From positions 704,001 to 768,000 of the forward strand of contig CAWFQB010000005.1 in NCBI GenBank assembly GCA_963817895.1: DNA of 64,000 nucleotides, written 5' to 3'. Position numbers and translations under genes: made by a program. Shown one piece after another: positions 1-11,766 of the stretch. Within the stretch, counting starts at the first letter, position 1. Every line of letters starts with the position of its first letter. The DNA comes from an uncultured Chthonomonadaceae bacterium. Its GTDB lineage: Bacteria > Armatimonadota > Chthonomonadetes > Chthonomonadales > Chthonomonadaceae. The notes under the pieces were generated by a model. That model made no database searches. It saw nothing but the letters and a program-made list of their open reading frames with translations, and was not told the origin of the DNA.

Positions 1-2
1 TG

Positions 3-809
3 GCGGAACGACGCTGGCGCACGGAACCCGCCGATTCGTTGCGGCGTATCCATCCCGACACGCTGTTTGATGTCGGATTTTGGGGCTTTGTCGTCGGCAT
101 TTTAGGGGCGCGGCTGACGTTCGTACTGCTGGACTGGCACAGTTTTGCCGGTCATCCCGTGGAAGCCCTCAAATTTTGGGAGGGTGGGCTTTCGCTGCAC
201 GGCGGCATGTTCTTCGGCATCCTGTATATGGTGGCGGCCTGCCGCTGGAAAAAAGCCCCGACCCTGCAAATCGGCGATTTGTGCGCGACTTCATGGGCGC
301 TCGCCTATGCCATCGGACGTATCGGCTGCTATTTGAACGGCTGCTGCTATGGCGGCGCGTGTGACGCGAGTTTGCCCTGGGCCAGCGTGTTTCCCGACGA
401 GCGGTACTTTCACGATAACAGCGCGATTACGCCCGCCACCGTTCTGACACCGCCAAGCCACCCGGTTCAACTGTACGCCACTGTCTTCAACATGTTTTTC
501 TTCGCGCTCATGGTTCAATGGGAAAAGCGGCGGCGCGTGGATGGCGACCTGTTTTGGGGCTACATCGGCCTGTATGGTTTTTACCGCTTTGTCGTCGAGT
601 ATTTCCGGGCGGGCGCAACGTCCACATACGCCATTCCGCAATGGCACATCACGGACACTCATATTATCAGTGTCCTGATGATGGGCCTTGCCGTGAGCGC
701 GATCTGGTGGCTCCGCCGCCATCGCCCGCTGTACAAGGACGCCATCTACCAAAACCCGCAGCCCACGCCGGCTATCCTCGCGGAAACCCCGGCAGCCGCT
801 GCAATTTAA
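3..809 (+). CDS. lgt: Prolipoprotein diacylglyceryl transferase, 5'-truncated by the window edge
   Basis: GARL, WEGGLSLHGG, GRIGCYLNGCCYG, HPVQLY and RFVVEYFR Lgt motifs; frame open back to nt 3. Confidence 0.93.
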   Translation, partial: AERRWRTEPADSLRRIHPDTLFDVGFWGFVVGILGARLTFVLLDWHSFAGHPVEALKFWEGGLSLHGGMFFGILYMVAACRWKKAPTLQIGDLCATSWALAYAIGRIGCYLNGCCYGGACDASLPWASVFPDERYFHDNSAITPATVLTPPSHPVQLYATVFNMFFFALMVQWEKRRRVDGDLFWGYIGLYGFYRFVVEYFRAGATSTYAIPQWHITDTHIISVLMMGLAVSAIWWLRRHRPLYKDAIYQNPQPTPAILAETPAAAAI

Positions 810-810
810 C

Positions 811-999
811 AGAAAAGGAGAAAAGGAGAAGAGGAGAAGAGGAGAAACAAACCGAGGAAGACACGAAATAAACGAAATAAAATGCAAAGAACCACAGTAG
901 CAAAAACGTCGGTGTAAGTTTTTTGGCCTTTTCGTATATTTAGTATGTTTCGCGGTTTATTGTCTCTCCTCTTCTCCTCTTCTCCTTTTCTCCTTTTCT
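811..999. repeat. Intergenic inverted-repeat element with purine/pyrimidine-skewed arms
   Basis: AGAAAAGGAGAAAAGGAGAAGAGGAGAAGAGGAGA (811-845) pairs with its reverse complement ending at 999. Confidence 0.85.
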
Positions 1000-1013
1000 A
1001 TAGAGGTACTTCT

Positions 1014-1736
1014 ATGGCGCAGAAAATTGTGGGAATTACGTGCAGCACGAGCGCGGCGAAGGGGAGGTCCGGGGCGCGGCAGACGCTCAATCGCGCCTAT
1101 GTGTGGGTGGTGGAGCGGGCGGGCGGTATCCCGATTATTCTGCCGGTCACGCGCGAACCGGAAGTGATTGCGCGGTATCTCGGCGTTATAGATGGACTGT
1201 TGCTATCGGGCGGCGTTGACGTGCATCCGAACCATTACGGACACGATCCGCACGAGCATTTGGGCGACGTAGATGAAGACCGGGATACGACGGAAATGCC
1301 CCTGATACGCGCCGCTCTGGAACAGGATATGCCGATTTTCGCCATTTGCCGGGGGATTCAGGCGCTGAATGTGGCGATGGGCGGAACATTGTATCAGGAT
1401 TTGCCATCGGAATTGGCGTCCGACATTGTTCACGCGCAGGACAAGCACGACCTGCCGCGCCATGAAACCTGCCATGCCATTGCCATTGAACCCTATACCC
1501 ATATCGCGGACGTTGCCGGCAGTCATACCATGCGCGTCAACAGTTTTCATCATCAGGCGTTGCGGGACGTGGCGGATGCGCTGGCTGTCACCGCTGTTGC
1601 GCCGGACAGCGTGATTGAAGCCGTAGAGGGGCGCAAGCACCGGTATCTGGTGGGCGTACAGTTTCACCCGGAAGAAACCGCCGCGCATGATGCCGCCTCG
1701 CAAAAACTGTTCGACAGGTTTGTGCAGGCGTTATAA
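1014..1736 (+). CDS. Class I glutamine amidotransferase, peptidase C26 / PuuD-like family
   Basis: DGLLLSGGVDV, AICRGIQ nucleophile, VNSFHHQA, GVQFHPE; GAGG RBS before ATG 1014. Confidence 0.92.
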   Translation: MAQKIVGITCSTSAAKGRSGARQTLNRAYVWVVERAGGIPIILPVTREPEVIARYLGVIDGLLLSGGVDVHPNHYGHDPHEHLGDVDEDRDTTEMPLIRAALEQDMPIFAICRGIQALNVAMGGTLYQDLPSELASDIVHAQDKHDLPRHETCHAIAIEPYTHIADVAGSHTMRVNSFHHQALRDVADALAVTAVAPDSVIEAVEGRKHRYLVGVQFHPEETAAHDAASQKLFDRFVQAL

Positions 1737-1936
1737 AACTTGCAGAATTATAAATTCACGTTACGCAGACGAGCGATTGCCGCGCGCAACGCAATAAATT
1801 GCTTTGCGCCAACTGCAAGGCGCGGCAAAAAGCCTGCATGCGCAACGTGAGCAGTAAATGAAGAGCCGATATTTTCACATCATTGCGAAAATATCGGCTT
1901 TGTTTTGCGAGGCGGTTAGAGCCTATCCTGATAGTT

Positions 1937-1978
1937 CCCCTTCTCCCAAAGTTGGGAGAAGGGGTCAGGGGTTGAGGG
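1937..1978. repeat. REP-like palindrome family CCC(T)TCTCCC-loop-GGGAGA(A)GGG; other copies near 4446, 6271, 21131, 38930 and 49614
   Basis: CCCTTCTCCCAAAGTTGGGAGAAGGGG is identical at 1938 and 4446; variants elsewhere, all near gene 3' ends. Confidence 0.85.
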
Positions 1979-1995
1979 CCAATGGAAATAGGCGG

Positions 1996-2208
1996 TTATT
2001 TCGCGCCGCCTTCAGGGGGTTGAGGATTGGCGAGGCTACCGGTGGCAGTGGAAGCCGCGCCCGAAGTGGTGGCAGCGCCCGGTGTGGCAGCGCTTTTGCC
2101 GGACGCATCCGGGGTTACATCATCGGACTTGCCGCCGCAGCCGGATAGCAGAACGCCTGCAAGCGCAAGAGTAGTAAGCGCGAAATGGGCTTTTTTATGA
2201 ATCGCCAT
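1996..2208 (-). CDS. Small lipoprotein (70 aa)
   Basis: Basic N-terminus, hydrophobic stretch, lipobox LSGC, then low-complexity A/T/S/G tail. Confidence 0.75.
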   Translation of the reverse strand: MAIHKKAHFALTTLALAGVLLSGCGGKSDDVTPDASGKSAATPGAATTSGAASTATGSLANPQPPEGGAK

Positions 2209-2213
2209 GATAC

Positions 2214-2540
2214 TTACCTTTCAGTTGATAACATTTTCAGAGTATTTTTTGCCTGGGGCGCGGCGGAGTCATTTTGTTTGCCTGTCAATCTGTTCAGTTC
2301 CGCAAGCGTCAACTGCCCGGAATGGACAAGATAGAGTTTGTCGCCCGCCTTATCGGCCATCGCTTCCAGCGTATGCTTATCCGAGTGGCAGCCGATGCAA
2401 CTGATCTTTTCCGCTGTTGGATGCTCGAGATTATAGAGACCACGCCATTCAAAATAAGTTATAGAAACCATGGTGAGCGCAATCACAGAAAGGGCGAAAT
2501 GCAATGGGAGTTTTGCGCCGCTGATTTTACGAAAACTCAT
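2214..2540 (-). CDS. Small membrane-anchored protein with one CxxCH motif (putative c-type cytochrome)
   Basis: N-terminal TM helix, then SCIGCHSD; start could be 2588. Confidence 0.6.
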   Translation of the reverse strand: MSFRKISGAKLPLHFALSVIALTMVSITYFEWRGLYNLEHPTAEKISCIGCHSDKHTLEAMADKAGDKLYLVHSGQLTLAELNRLTGKQNDSAAPQAKNTLKMLSTER

Positions 2541-2615
2541 CGTCGGTTTCCCGTCTCGCGAACAGAAGCGGGTTGGAGCAAATGTCATAGTACAGTTCCA
2601 GCAGAAGCTAGAAGA

Positions 2616-2643
2616 CGAAAGGCAGGGTTGATTCTGCCTTTCG
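2616..2643 (-). terminator. Hairpin after the 2683-2889 lipoprotein gene
   Basis: CGAAAGGCAG...CTGCCTTTCG 10-bp stem; weak U tract. Confidence 0.4.
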
Positions 2644-2682
2644 CATTGGTACTCGCTTTCAGCAGTGCCTTTACAGCAGCGA

Positions 2683-2889
2683 CTACTTTACTGTTGGCGC
2701 AGGCGGCGTGCCGGTGCCGGGAGCCGCCAGATCGCCGCGTTTATCTGCGCGCGCCTCTGGCGTGATGTCTTCGCCGGGAGCGCGCTTCTCAATGGGCGTA
2801 CTCGCCGGTTCGGAATGGCAGCCCGTCAAAAAAAGTGCCAGCAGCAGGGAGGCGATGCTATAAGCGAACTTCTTCATAGTGAATTTCAT
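2683..2889 (-). CDS. Small lipoprotein (68 aa)
   Basis: MKKFAYSIASLLLALFLTGC lipobox signal. Confidence 0.75.
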   Translation of the reverse strand: MKFTMKKFAYSIASLLLALFLTGCHSEPASTPIEKRAPGEDITPEARADKRGDLAAPGTGTPPAPTVK

Positions 2890-2911
2890 GGTTATGACAC
2901 TCTTTCAGAAA

Positions 2912-3805
2912 CTAATCGGGCATCATGCAGCTGCTGGCGCTCCCGGTGGGGCAGGGTGGGAAGTTGGCATCCATGTAAGCGCCGTACTGACCACACGCCA
3001 TGAGCGGAATCGGTACGCCATCAGAAGCAGCGCTGTTGGTTCCTGTGCCATCGTAGGTCTGGTTCGGATCGGCGCACCAGTAAGAAACCTGGTCTGTGGC
3101 GCGGGGGCGGGCAAAGCGACCGGCTTCGCCTCCCTGAACCCAACCAGCCTTCATGGCAATGGATTTGGCGTGTCCGTCGGCAAAGCCAAAATTGAAACGG
3201 CCACCGGAATGGCGCAGCGAGCCGTTGTTCGTTCCGCCCCAGGTGCAGAGCAGAAACGTCATCGTCGCCGTAATGCGGGGCGTGTCATACGAGTCCCCAA
3301 AGGCTACCAACTGAGCAGGAGCAATCATACCGGCCAGCGGAATGCCTGGCAAGTATTTTGCTTTTCCACTCGGATCATTGGGGTCCGGTTGCTGTCCCAG
3401 TACCAGGCCACCGCCACGGCGCTGGATCGGTCCCCAGTTGTAGCCGTAACCAATCGAGCGGTTGGTGTTCGTGACTCCATCCGGGGCTTCAATGGCATCG
3501 GTGCCGGAGCGGTCCGGGCAAATGAAGAGTTGCGCATTCTTCACGTAGGGGTACAGGCGATTCGTGTAGTCGCCACTGCCCATGTGCGGACAAGTCTCAT
3601 CATAGTCCTGCGTGTACATGTAGAACGAGGTGCCGATCTGCTTGACATTGGACAGGCAGGAGATGGAACGCGCTTTTTCACGCGCTTGGGCAAAAACGGG
3701 GAACAGAATGGCAGCCAGAATAGCGATGATGGCAATGACCACGAGTAGTTCAATCAGGGTGAAAGCGGCGGGGCGACAACCGCGCAGGGGGAAATGGGTA
3801 CGCAT
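2912..3805 (-). CDS. Prepilin-type N-methylation domain protein with H-X9-DG motif (DUF1559-like)
   Basis: [64 protein letters not shown]. Confidence 0.93.
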   Translation of the reverse strand: MRTHFPLRGCRPAAFTLIELLVVIAIIAILAAILFPVFAQAREKARSISCLSNVKQIGTSFYMYTQDYDETCPHMGSGDYTNRLYPYVKNAQLFICPDRSGTDAIEAPDGVTNTNRSIGYGYNWGPIQRRGGGLVLGQQPDPNDPSGKAKYLPGIPLAGMIAPAQLVAFGDSYDTPRITATMTFLLCTWGGTNNGSLRHSGGRFNFGFADGHAKSIAMKAGWVQGGEAGRFARPRATDQVSYWCADPNQTYDGTGTNSAASDGVPIPLMACGQYGAYMDANFPPCPTGSASSCMMPD

Positions 3806-3961
3806 ACAACGTCCTTTCGTCAGATTCTAATGGTGTGACAGAATTGAGGAGGCGCGTCAAAAAGCGCGTTAGCAATCAGGCCGCCGCAACGAGGCGGCGG
3901 GCAAAAGCGACATGGGGTGAGAAAGAGTTCCGGCTCATGCCCACCCCGCGCGGTAAAAGCG

Positions 3962-4123
3962 TCAGTCGGTTTGCTTGCTGCCGCTGGAAGCGGGCGTTCC
4001 GGTTTTGGCCGCGCCGCTGTCTGCGCCATTGGCGTTATCGCTCTTGCTGCCGCATCCCGCCAGAAGGCTGCCGCACAGCGCCAGCAGAACCATGCCGATT
4101 ATCAGGGATTTGTTGGTCTTCAT
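3962..4123 (-). CDS. Small lipoprotein (53 aa), below the ORF-track length cutoff
   Basis: Manual translation MKTNKSLIIGMVLLALCGSLLAGCGSKSDNANGADSGAAKTGTPASSGSKQTD*; LAGC lipobox; AAGGAG RBS. Confidence 0.8.
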   Translation of the reverse strand: MKTNKSLIIGMVLLALCGSLLAGCGSKSDNANGADSGAAKTGTPASSGSKQTD

Positions 4124-4189
4124 TGCTTCTCCTTGCTCCGTTGATGGTTGAGTAGTTGCGCATCCGCAAATATCCTCAAGAACAACATC

Positions 4190-4243
4190 AGTATGGCGAA
4201 CATGGATTAAGGAGAAATTAAGAGGGGGTTAAACTTGTGTTAA
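4190..4243 (-). promoter_or_regulatory. Four YTTAA direct repeats at 11-bp period plus -10 CATACT (Pho-box-like, OmpR/PhoB-type site)
   Basis: TTAA at 4207, 4218, 4229 and 4240; CATACT at 4195-4190. Confidence 0.65.
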
Positions 4244-4479
4244 ATTCGGGAGTAAGGCAGGCAAAAAGAAACCTGCACCTGAGTTTCTAAGAACTCTGAT
4301 ACAGGCCCCATCACTATTGATGGACTTCTATGAAAAGGAGGACATGCGCTGGTTATATAACGTTTCAGGGCCAAAGATTGTTCCTGAAAATGTTCAGGCT
4401 ATTTTGTGAGGTTTTCGCCGCGCTTTTTCGTTATTCCAACAGGTTCCCTTCTCCCAAAGTTGGGAGAAGGGGTTGAGGG

Positions 4480-6019
4480 CTATTCAGGACAGGCGCATAA
4501 TTCCGGCAGTTCCAGCGTGGACACAATGCCGGTTTCCAAGTGGAACACGCGCAGGCAATGGTTGTTCGTATCCGCGATATACAGGTTCCCATTCGCGCCG
4601 CTCAATCCATTCGGCTCATTAAACTGCGCCGCGCTGCCGAATCCGTTTGCCATGCCGGATTTCCCTGTTCCCGCCAGCGTTTGAGTATTGCCCGTTATGG
4701 GATCGAAAACCCTGATTTTGTGGTTGTAGGTGTCGGCGATATAAATCAGGCCGCGATACGCGCAGACTCCCATCGGATGCTGTAAACACGCGCTGTCTCC
4801 GTCGCCGTCCGCATCGCCCCACGTATACAGGCCCCCGCCAATCAGCGTTTCCACGACCTCTTCCCCGGTATTCGGGGAAACGCGGATACGCCGCAGGCTG
4901 CTGCTTTCGCTGTCCGCGATATAAAGCGCGTGTTCGTCCGCCGCAACTCCACCTGGCTGCGCGAAAGCAGAAGTTTTCAAGGCTCCATTGATGCAGGACT
5001 CGCGCCCGTTCCCCGCATACGGCTGAACCTCCCCGCTCCGCAGATCATAGCGCCACAACTGATGGCTGCCCGCCATTGCCAGCGTGAGAACGCCCTCGTC
5101 GCTGTGATGGTAACAGATGTCCCACGGTGAGGAGAGCGGGGTTATCATTCCCGGCCCGCCTGAAGGCCGCGCGCCGGCCTGCGCGCCGGTTCCCGCAACG
5201 GTGGTAACGGTTTGGCTGGCAAGATCAATCCGCCGCAGAACATGGTTGCCGCTGTCGCACACCGTCAGCGCGTCCCCGATCAGCGCCATTCCCTGCGGGC
5301 GACAAAATCGCGCCGCCCGCGAACCGCCGTCCGTTCTTCCCGCTTCCCCGTTCCCGAATGTCTGCGCCCCCCGGCCCTCCAGATCGCAAACCACAATGCG
5401 GTTGTGTCCCGTGTCCGCCACAAACAGCCGTTGTCCCAATCCATCCGCCAGAATTTTGCCGGGAAAGGAGAGGAGCGCGGCCTGTGGATCTTTTCCCTGT
5501 AGTGTCAAAAAGAGGAAATGCGCGGGACGACTCTCATTTGCGCGGCGTAGCCAGCAATTGCCCGATAATCTGATCCAGTTCGTCTCGATGCCCCTCGCCC
5601 GACAGACTGCCGAGATAGTAGCCTTCAGGATCAATAATGCCAATCGTAGGCCACGCATGAACATCGTACTCGTCCCAAACCCGGTGGTCGTTATCACACG
5701 CGACGGGATGCTGAATGTCGAGACGCCGTACCGCGCTTGCAATGTTAGCCACAACGCGCTCGTTGTCGAACTTGCCGGAGTGGATGCCGATAACCACAAA
5801 AGGAAGACCGGCGTATTTCTCTTCCAGATATTTCAGGTCGGGCAGGATGTGCAGGCAGTTGATGCAGCCATACGTCCAGAAATCGAGCAGGACAACGCTG
5901 CCGCGCAATTGCGCCAGTGTCACCGCTTTGCCGTCCGTATTCAGCCAGCAGGCGGGGTCAGCGGGCAGTTGCGGGGCGCGGACGCGCGCTTCGGACAGTA
6001 ATGAATGGGGTTCGCTCAT
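4480..6019 (-). CDS. Thioredoxin-like plus NHL-repeat protein (NHLRC2/SOQ1-like), split by a frameshift near 5550
   Basis: LLDFWTYGCINC in ORF 5534-6019; NHL repeats (LFVADTGHNRI, LYIADSES, LQHPMGV) in ORF 4480-5799. Confidence 0.88.
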
Positions 6020-6068
6020 AACGGGAAACAGCGCTCCTGAAGAAGCCCCTATTGTAACTATTCAGCCT

Positions 6069-6220
6069 CTTCTAGTACACCGTCAACGTAGAAGTGTAGG
6101 GTACGGTTGTAGGGGTTCTGCTTGCTGAACCCTCCTCTAACAAGGCGCAGCAAGCCGCTATATTGGGCGCAGCAAGCAGCGCCCCTACCTAACTGTTCTA
6201 CCTTGATGGTGTACTAGAAG
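6069..6220. repeat. MITE-like element: 25-bp terminal inverted repeats around a REP doublet
   Basis: 6069-6093 vs 6196-6220 match at 23/25; inner GTAGGGG...(6109) and ...GCCCCTAC (6188). Confidence 0.75.
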
Positions 6221-6320
6221 TTCAAGATTCGGCCTCTCCCCAATATCGGAGAGGAATTGTCTCTAAATAGCCTCTCCCAAACTTGGGAGAGGGGTTGGGG
6301 TGAGGGCTATTTCCCATACG

Positions 6321-8177
<1,857 letters not shown>

Positions 8178-8247
8178 AAAGCCCTCCGCTATCCGCGCGA
8201 CGGAATTTATTCAAAAGTTAAATCCATTATCGGGAGGTTGTGGCGTT

Positions 8248-9147
8248 ATGTTCAGATGGATGTGTCTATGGATGTTTCTGCTGTTGATGAACGCGCAGGG
8301 TCTATTCGCGGGCGGCAAGCCCGTCACGAATAAGGAGGGGTGGGTACGACAAGAGGAAACAGGTGAAGCCGGGAAACCGCAGACGCTGCATTTTTGCGTG
8401 TACGGGGATACTCGTGACGGCCACGCGATGCACCGCAAAGTTTTAGCCCTGATGCTGAAGCAGAAGCCGGAATTCATCCTGCAAACGGGCGATTTGGTAC
8501 ACGACGGCGGCAATCCCCGTTTATGGCAGATTTATGACAGCATCACGGGTGAAGCGCGTAAAACCACGCCCTTTTATCCGGCGCGGGGCAACCACGATCC
8601 GGGCGGGCCGGGTTACGCGGCGCGGGTGACGACGCCTTTCACGTCCGGCAATAAATTATGGCATTCCTTCGACAAAGGCGATTGCCATTTCATCTGTTTG
8701 TGCGTGGATGAAGAGACGGCGTATGCCCCGGACAGTCCGCAGTACAAATGGCTGCTGAAGGATTTGGAAACCACGCGTAAAACGCATCCCGCGCACCTCT
8801 TTGTGTTCTTCCACGTTCCCCCGTACTCCATCGGCTCGCATGGCAGCGACCTGGAAGTTCGGCGGCAACTATGCCCGCTCTTCATCCGCTACGGCGTGGA
8901 TGTCGTCTTCAACGGCCACGACCACAACTATTACCGCACCCGGCGCGACGGCGTGACCTATATTGTGACCGGGGGCGGCGGCGCGCCGTTGTATCCGGCC
9001 AACCCGAATCGGGGCGCAATCGAGGGCGACCGCTACGAAAGCGTGAACAACGGCGTGGTCTGCGATGTCAGCGGCAAACAGGTGACAGTCACTGCCCTCC
9101 GCGCCGACGGAACCACGCTGGACCACTTCACGATGCCGAACAGATAG
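8248..9147 (+). CDS. Secreted calcineurin-like metallophosphoesterase (purple acid phosphatase-like)
   Basis: Signal peptide; YGDTR, TGDLV, GNHD, FFHVP, GHDHNY; GGAGG RBS. Confidence 0.9.
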   Translation: MFRWMCLWMFLLLMNAQGLFAGGKPVTNKEGWVRQEETGEAGKPQTLHFCVYGDTRDGHAMHRKVLALMLKQKPEFILQTGDLVHDGGNPRLWQIYDSITGEARKTTPFYPARGNHDPGGPGYAARVTTPFTSGNKLWHSFDKGDCHFICLCVDEETAYAPDSPQYKWLLKDLETTRKTHPAHLFVFFHVPPYSIGSHGSDLEVRRQLCPLFIRYGVDVVFNGHDHNYYRTRRDGVTYIVTGGGGAPLYPANPNRGAIEGDRYESVNNGVVCDVSGKQVTVTALRADGTTLDHFTMPNR

Positions 9148-9165
9148 AAGAGAAGAAAAGGAGAG

Positions 9166-9384
9166 GGGGAGAGTGGGAACCGCGAAACACACGAAAAAAG
9201 AAACACAAAAGAGGAATAGACAGGATTAACAGGATTTTTCAGGATGGAACAGGATTATATGTAGAGAAGATATGTCCGTCCTTTTCTCTCCTCTGTGAAA
9301 CCTCTGTGTCTCTGTGTCTCTGTGGTGAATGTTTGTTTTGTCTTTTTTCGTTTGTTTCGTTTGTTTCGTGGTTCCCACTCTCCC
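9166..9384. repeat. Composite inverted-repeat element between convergent genes
   Basis: GGGAGAGTGGGAACCGCGAAAC...GTTTCGTGGTTCCCACTCTCCC arms enclosing CAGGAT and CTCTGTGT sub-repeats. Confidence 0.85.
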
Positions 9385-9394
9385 TGTCTTGTAC

Positions 9395-10228
9395 TTAGAA
9401 CAGGCTTCCTTGCACGGCAGCGGGGATGGGTCGGGTAGGCTGGCCGAGCATCTGTTGGAAGCGGAAAGCGGTTTCGGGGGAGTAGCCTTCGTAGTCGTTG
9501 TTGCACTGGATGTAGGCGTTGGCGAGATGAGATTGATGGGCGAGAATGGCTTTCGCCCATGTTTGCATGTCGTGGGTGTGGTCGCCATAGAGTTTGTCGT
9601 GTTGGGGATAGGTTCCGTGCTGCCCGATCAGGCGTAGATAGAGGAAATCGGTCGTGAGTTCAAAACGGCGGGGCATGGAAACATAGTCGGTCAGGGCAAG
9701 GGCAACGTTGTGGTCACGCAGCATTTGGGAAACATCGGGCGCAAGCAGGGAACGATGCCGGAACTCGATGGTAAAGCGAACGTCAGCGTTCCCCATATCG
9801 CGCAACGTGGGTAGGAGGGCGCGAAGATTGTCCACTTCCTGCCGGGTGAAATCCGGGGGCATTTGCAGCAGAATGGGGCCGCATTTCGGGCCGAGCAGAC
9901 TCATTACCCGGACGAATTCCGTTAAGGGTTCCTGAACGCCAATAAGCCGCATGTCATGCGTAATTACGCGCGGCACTTTGGGGCAGAAAGTGAAACCGGG
10001 CGGCGTAATCTGCGCCCACTGTTTCACCTGCGCTTCGCGGGGCGTTCCATAGAACGTCGAGTCAATCTCAACAGTATCGAACGTCTGCGCGTACAGCGTG
10101 ATGTAATCCCGCGAAGCCGCGCCATCAGGATAAAACACGCCCGCCCAATCCGCATAACTCCATCCCATTGTGCCGACACGTATAATAGAAGCGTCCGGCT
10201 TATTTGTGAAAGTCGCTGTATCACTCAC
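9395..10228 (-). CDS. DUF72 family protein
   Basis: GTMGWSYADW, FDTVEIDSTFY, KVPRVITH, EFRH, YLRLIG, NNDYEG. Confidence 0.9.
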   Translation of the reverse strand: MSDTATFTNKPDASIIRVGTMGWSYADWAGVFYPDGAASRDYITLYAQTFDTVEIDSTFYGTPREAQVKQWAQITPPGFTFCPKVPRVITHDMRLIGVQEPLTEFVRVMSLLGPKCGPILLQMPPDFTRQEVDNLRALLPTLRDMGNADVRFTIEFRHRSLLAPDVSQMLRDHNVALALTDYVSMPRRFELTTDFLYLRLIGQHGTYPQHDKLYGDHTHDMQTWAKAILAHQSHLANAYIQCNNDYEGYSPETAFRFQQMLGQPTRPIPAAVQGSLF

Positions 10229-10254
10229 AAGTTATCTGCTTTCAAGTTGAAGAT

Positions 10255-10614
10255 TTATGCCGTCACTCGTGGTTTGACGCGCCAAACTGCCTCCAGAAGT
10301 TCCCGCAATTCTTCAGCAATCTCTTCAGGAGGTTCTCCAGAAAGACCGATACAGACAAGACGTTCCGCATCGCGCAAACGCCCGCAATCCATGGCAAGCG
10401 TTGCCGCGCTGCGGTGCAAAACAGAGCGGATTGGTTCGGCTTCGATGTTTAGGGCTACCATTTCCGCCGCTTTTCGTTCCATGTCGTAGGCTTGATAAAA
10501 TAAGTGGTTTGCCTGTTCGTACTGTCCGGCCTGTTTCGCGGCAAAGGCCTGGTCTGCAAATTCCATTGCGCGTTGATGATATTCTCGCGCGGTGTTCATG
10601 TTTTCATCACTCAT
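10255..10614 (-). CDS. Hypothetical helical (TPR-like) protein
   Basis: Clean 119-aa ORF between co-oriented genes. Confidence 0.65.
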   Translation of the reverse strand: MSDENMNTAREYHQRAMEFADQAFAAKQAGQYEQANHLFYQAYDMERKAAEMVALNIEAEPIRSVLHRSAATLAMDCGRLRDAERLVCIGLSGEPPEEIAEELRELLEAVWRVKPRVTA

Positions 10615-10631
10615 TTCACCATCAATCTACG

Positions 10632-11660
10632 TCAACCATCCACGCCCTGCAATTGTTCCGCCATGCTGTCGCACAAACGATTCCACTCCGCGATGATTTT
10701 GTCGTCGAACGGCTCGTCGTCGCTGTTTTCCACTTTGCCGCGCTCGTCCAGCCAGGCGACGGTTCGCTTCACGCCCTCTACCCAGGGAATCGTGTACCGG
10801 AAACCCAAATCCTGTATGGCCGCGCTGTTGTCGAAAATGCTGGGGTACTGGAAAATGTCAATGCTGATGCCGAAGTGTTTGCGGGCGATACGCGCCATCA
10901 GGTCCGTGGGAATGTGAACAAAGGTCGGTTTGGGCGCGTTCAGGGCTTCGGCTACGCCCTCATGGTAGCGGTTCCACGTCATCCACTCTTCGCCCGTGAC
11001 ATTGTAGGATTTGCCGAACGCTTTTGAATTGCCCGCTGCGCCGACAAAGCCGCGCGCCACGTCATCAATGTGGCAGGCCGCCCATAGACAACTGCCGTCG
11101 CCATGCACGATGATGGGCTTGCCTTTGCGGATGCGGTCCAGATAATACGAACGCCCACCGATGCTATGCACGATAGTTCCGCCCTCGCCATACGTTTGCG
11201 ACGGGCGCATGATGGTCACGGGAAACGCGCCGCTCGCGCCGGCGGCGTTGAGAATGTCCTCACATTTCACTTTGTTCGCGCCGTAACCGCCGGTCGGAAA
11301 GCGGGGTTCGTCTTCTTTGATGGGATAATGCGCGGCGGGACCGCCATATACGCAAACGGTGCTGCAAAAGATAAAGTGTTCGATACGCCCTTCAAACGCG
11401 CGAATCACGCTTTCGGCGTCTTCCGGCACAAAGCCCACCATGTCTATCACGCAGTCGAAATGCCCCGCGTCCGCCATCTGCTTCTCGAACTCGGCGTACT
11501 GCTTGCGGTCGCCGTTGAGAATGGTTGCGCCTTCGGGGATACGCGCCTCGGATTTGCCCCGGTTGTACAGCGTCACCTCGTCGCCGCGTTCCAGCAGTTG
11601 TTTGGTAATCGCCGTGCTGATCAGCCCCGTGCCGCCAATAATCAGAATCTTCAAGCGCAT
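10632..11660 (-). CDS. NAD-dependent epimerase/dehydratase (extended SDR)
   Basis: IIGGTGLIS, STVCVYG, YGANK; AGGAG RBS. Confidence 0.92.
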   Translation of the reverse strand: MRLKILIIGGTGLISTAITKQLLERGDEVTLYNRGKSEARIPEGATILNGDRKQYAEFEKQMADAGHFDCVIDMVGFVPEDAESVIRAFEGRIEHFIFCSTVCVYGGPAAHYPIKEDEPRFPTGGYGANKVKCEDILNAAGASGAFPVTIMRPSQTYGEGGTIVHSIGGRSYYLDRIRKGKPIIVHGDGSCLWAACHIDDVARGFVGAAGNSKAFGKSYNVTGEEWMTWNRYHEGVAEALNAPKPTFVHIPTDLMARIARKHFGISIDIFQYPSIFDNSAAIQDLGFRYTIPWVEGVKRTVAWLDERGKVENSDDEPFDDKIIAEWNRLCDSMAEQLQGVDG

Positions 11661-11766
11661 TCTCCTTTGTACCGTTCTTGTTGAGCGTTCCGCAGGAATA
11701 TTCAGAGAGAATGTCCTTGCGGAACGTTGCTGTTGAACCAGTATACGCGAATTGTTGTGGCGCGTT

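Noticed and set aside
3820..3960. Possible riboswitch between the small lipoprotein and prepilin genes
   Set aside because: GC-rich hairpins are present but I could not match any known aptamer consensus; an Rfam/Infernal scan would settle it.
8207..8221. Third Pho-box-like site before the 8248 phosphoesterase
   Set aside because: Only one exact TTAA plus a TTAT 11 bp earlier, and no -10 at the 15-nt offset.
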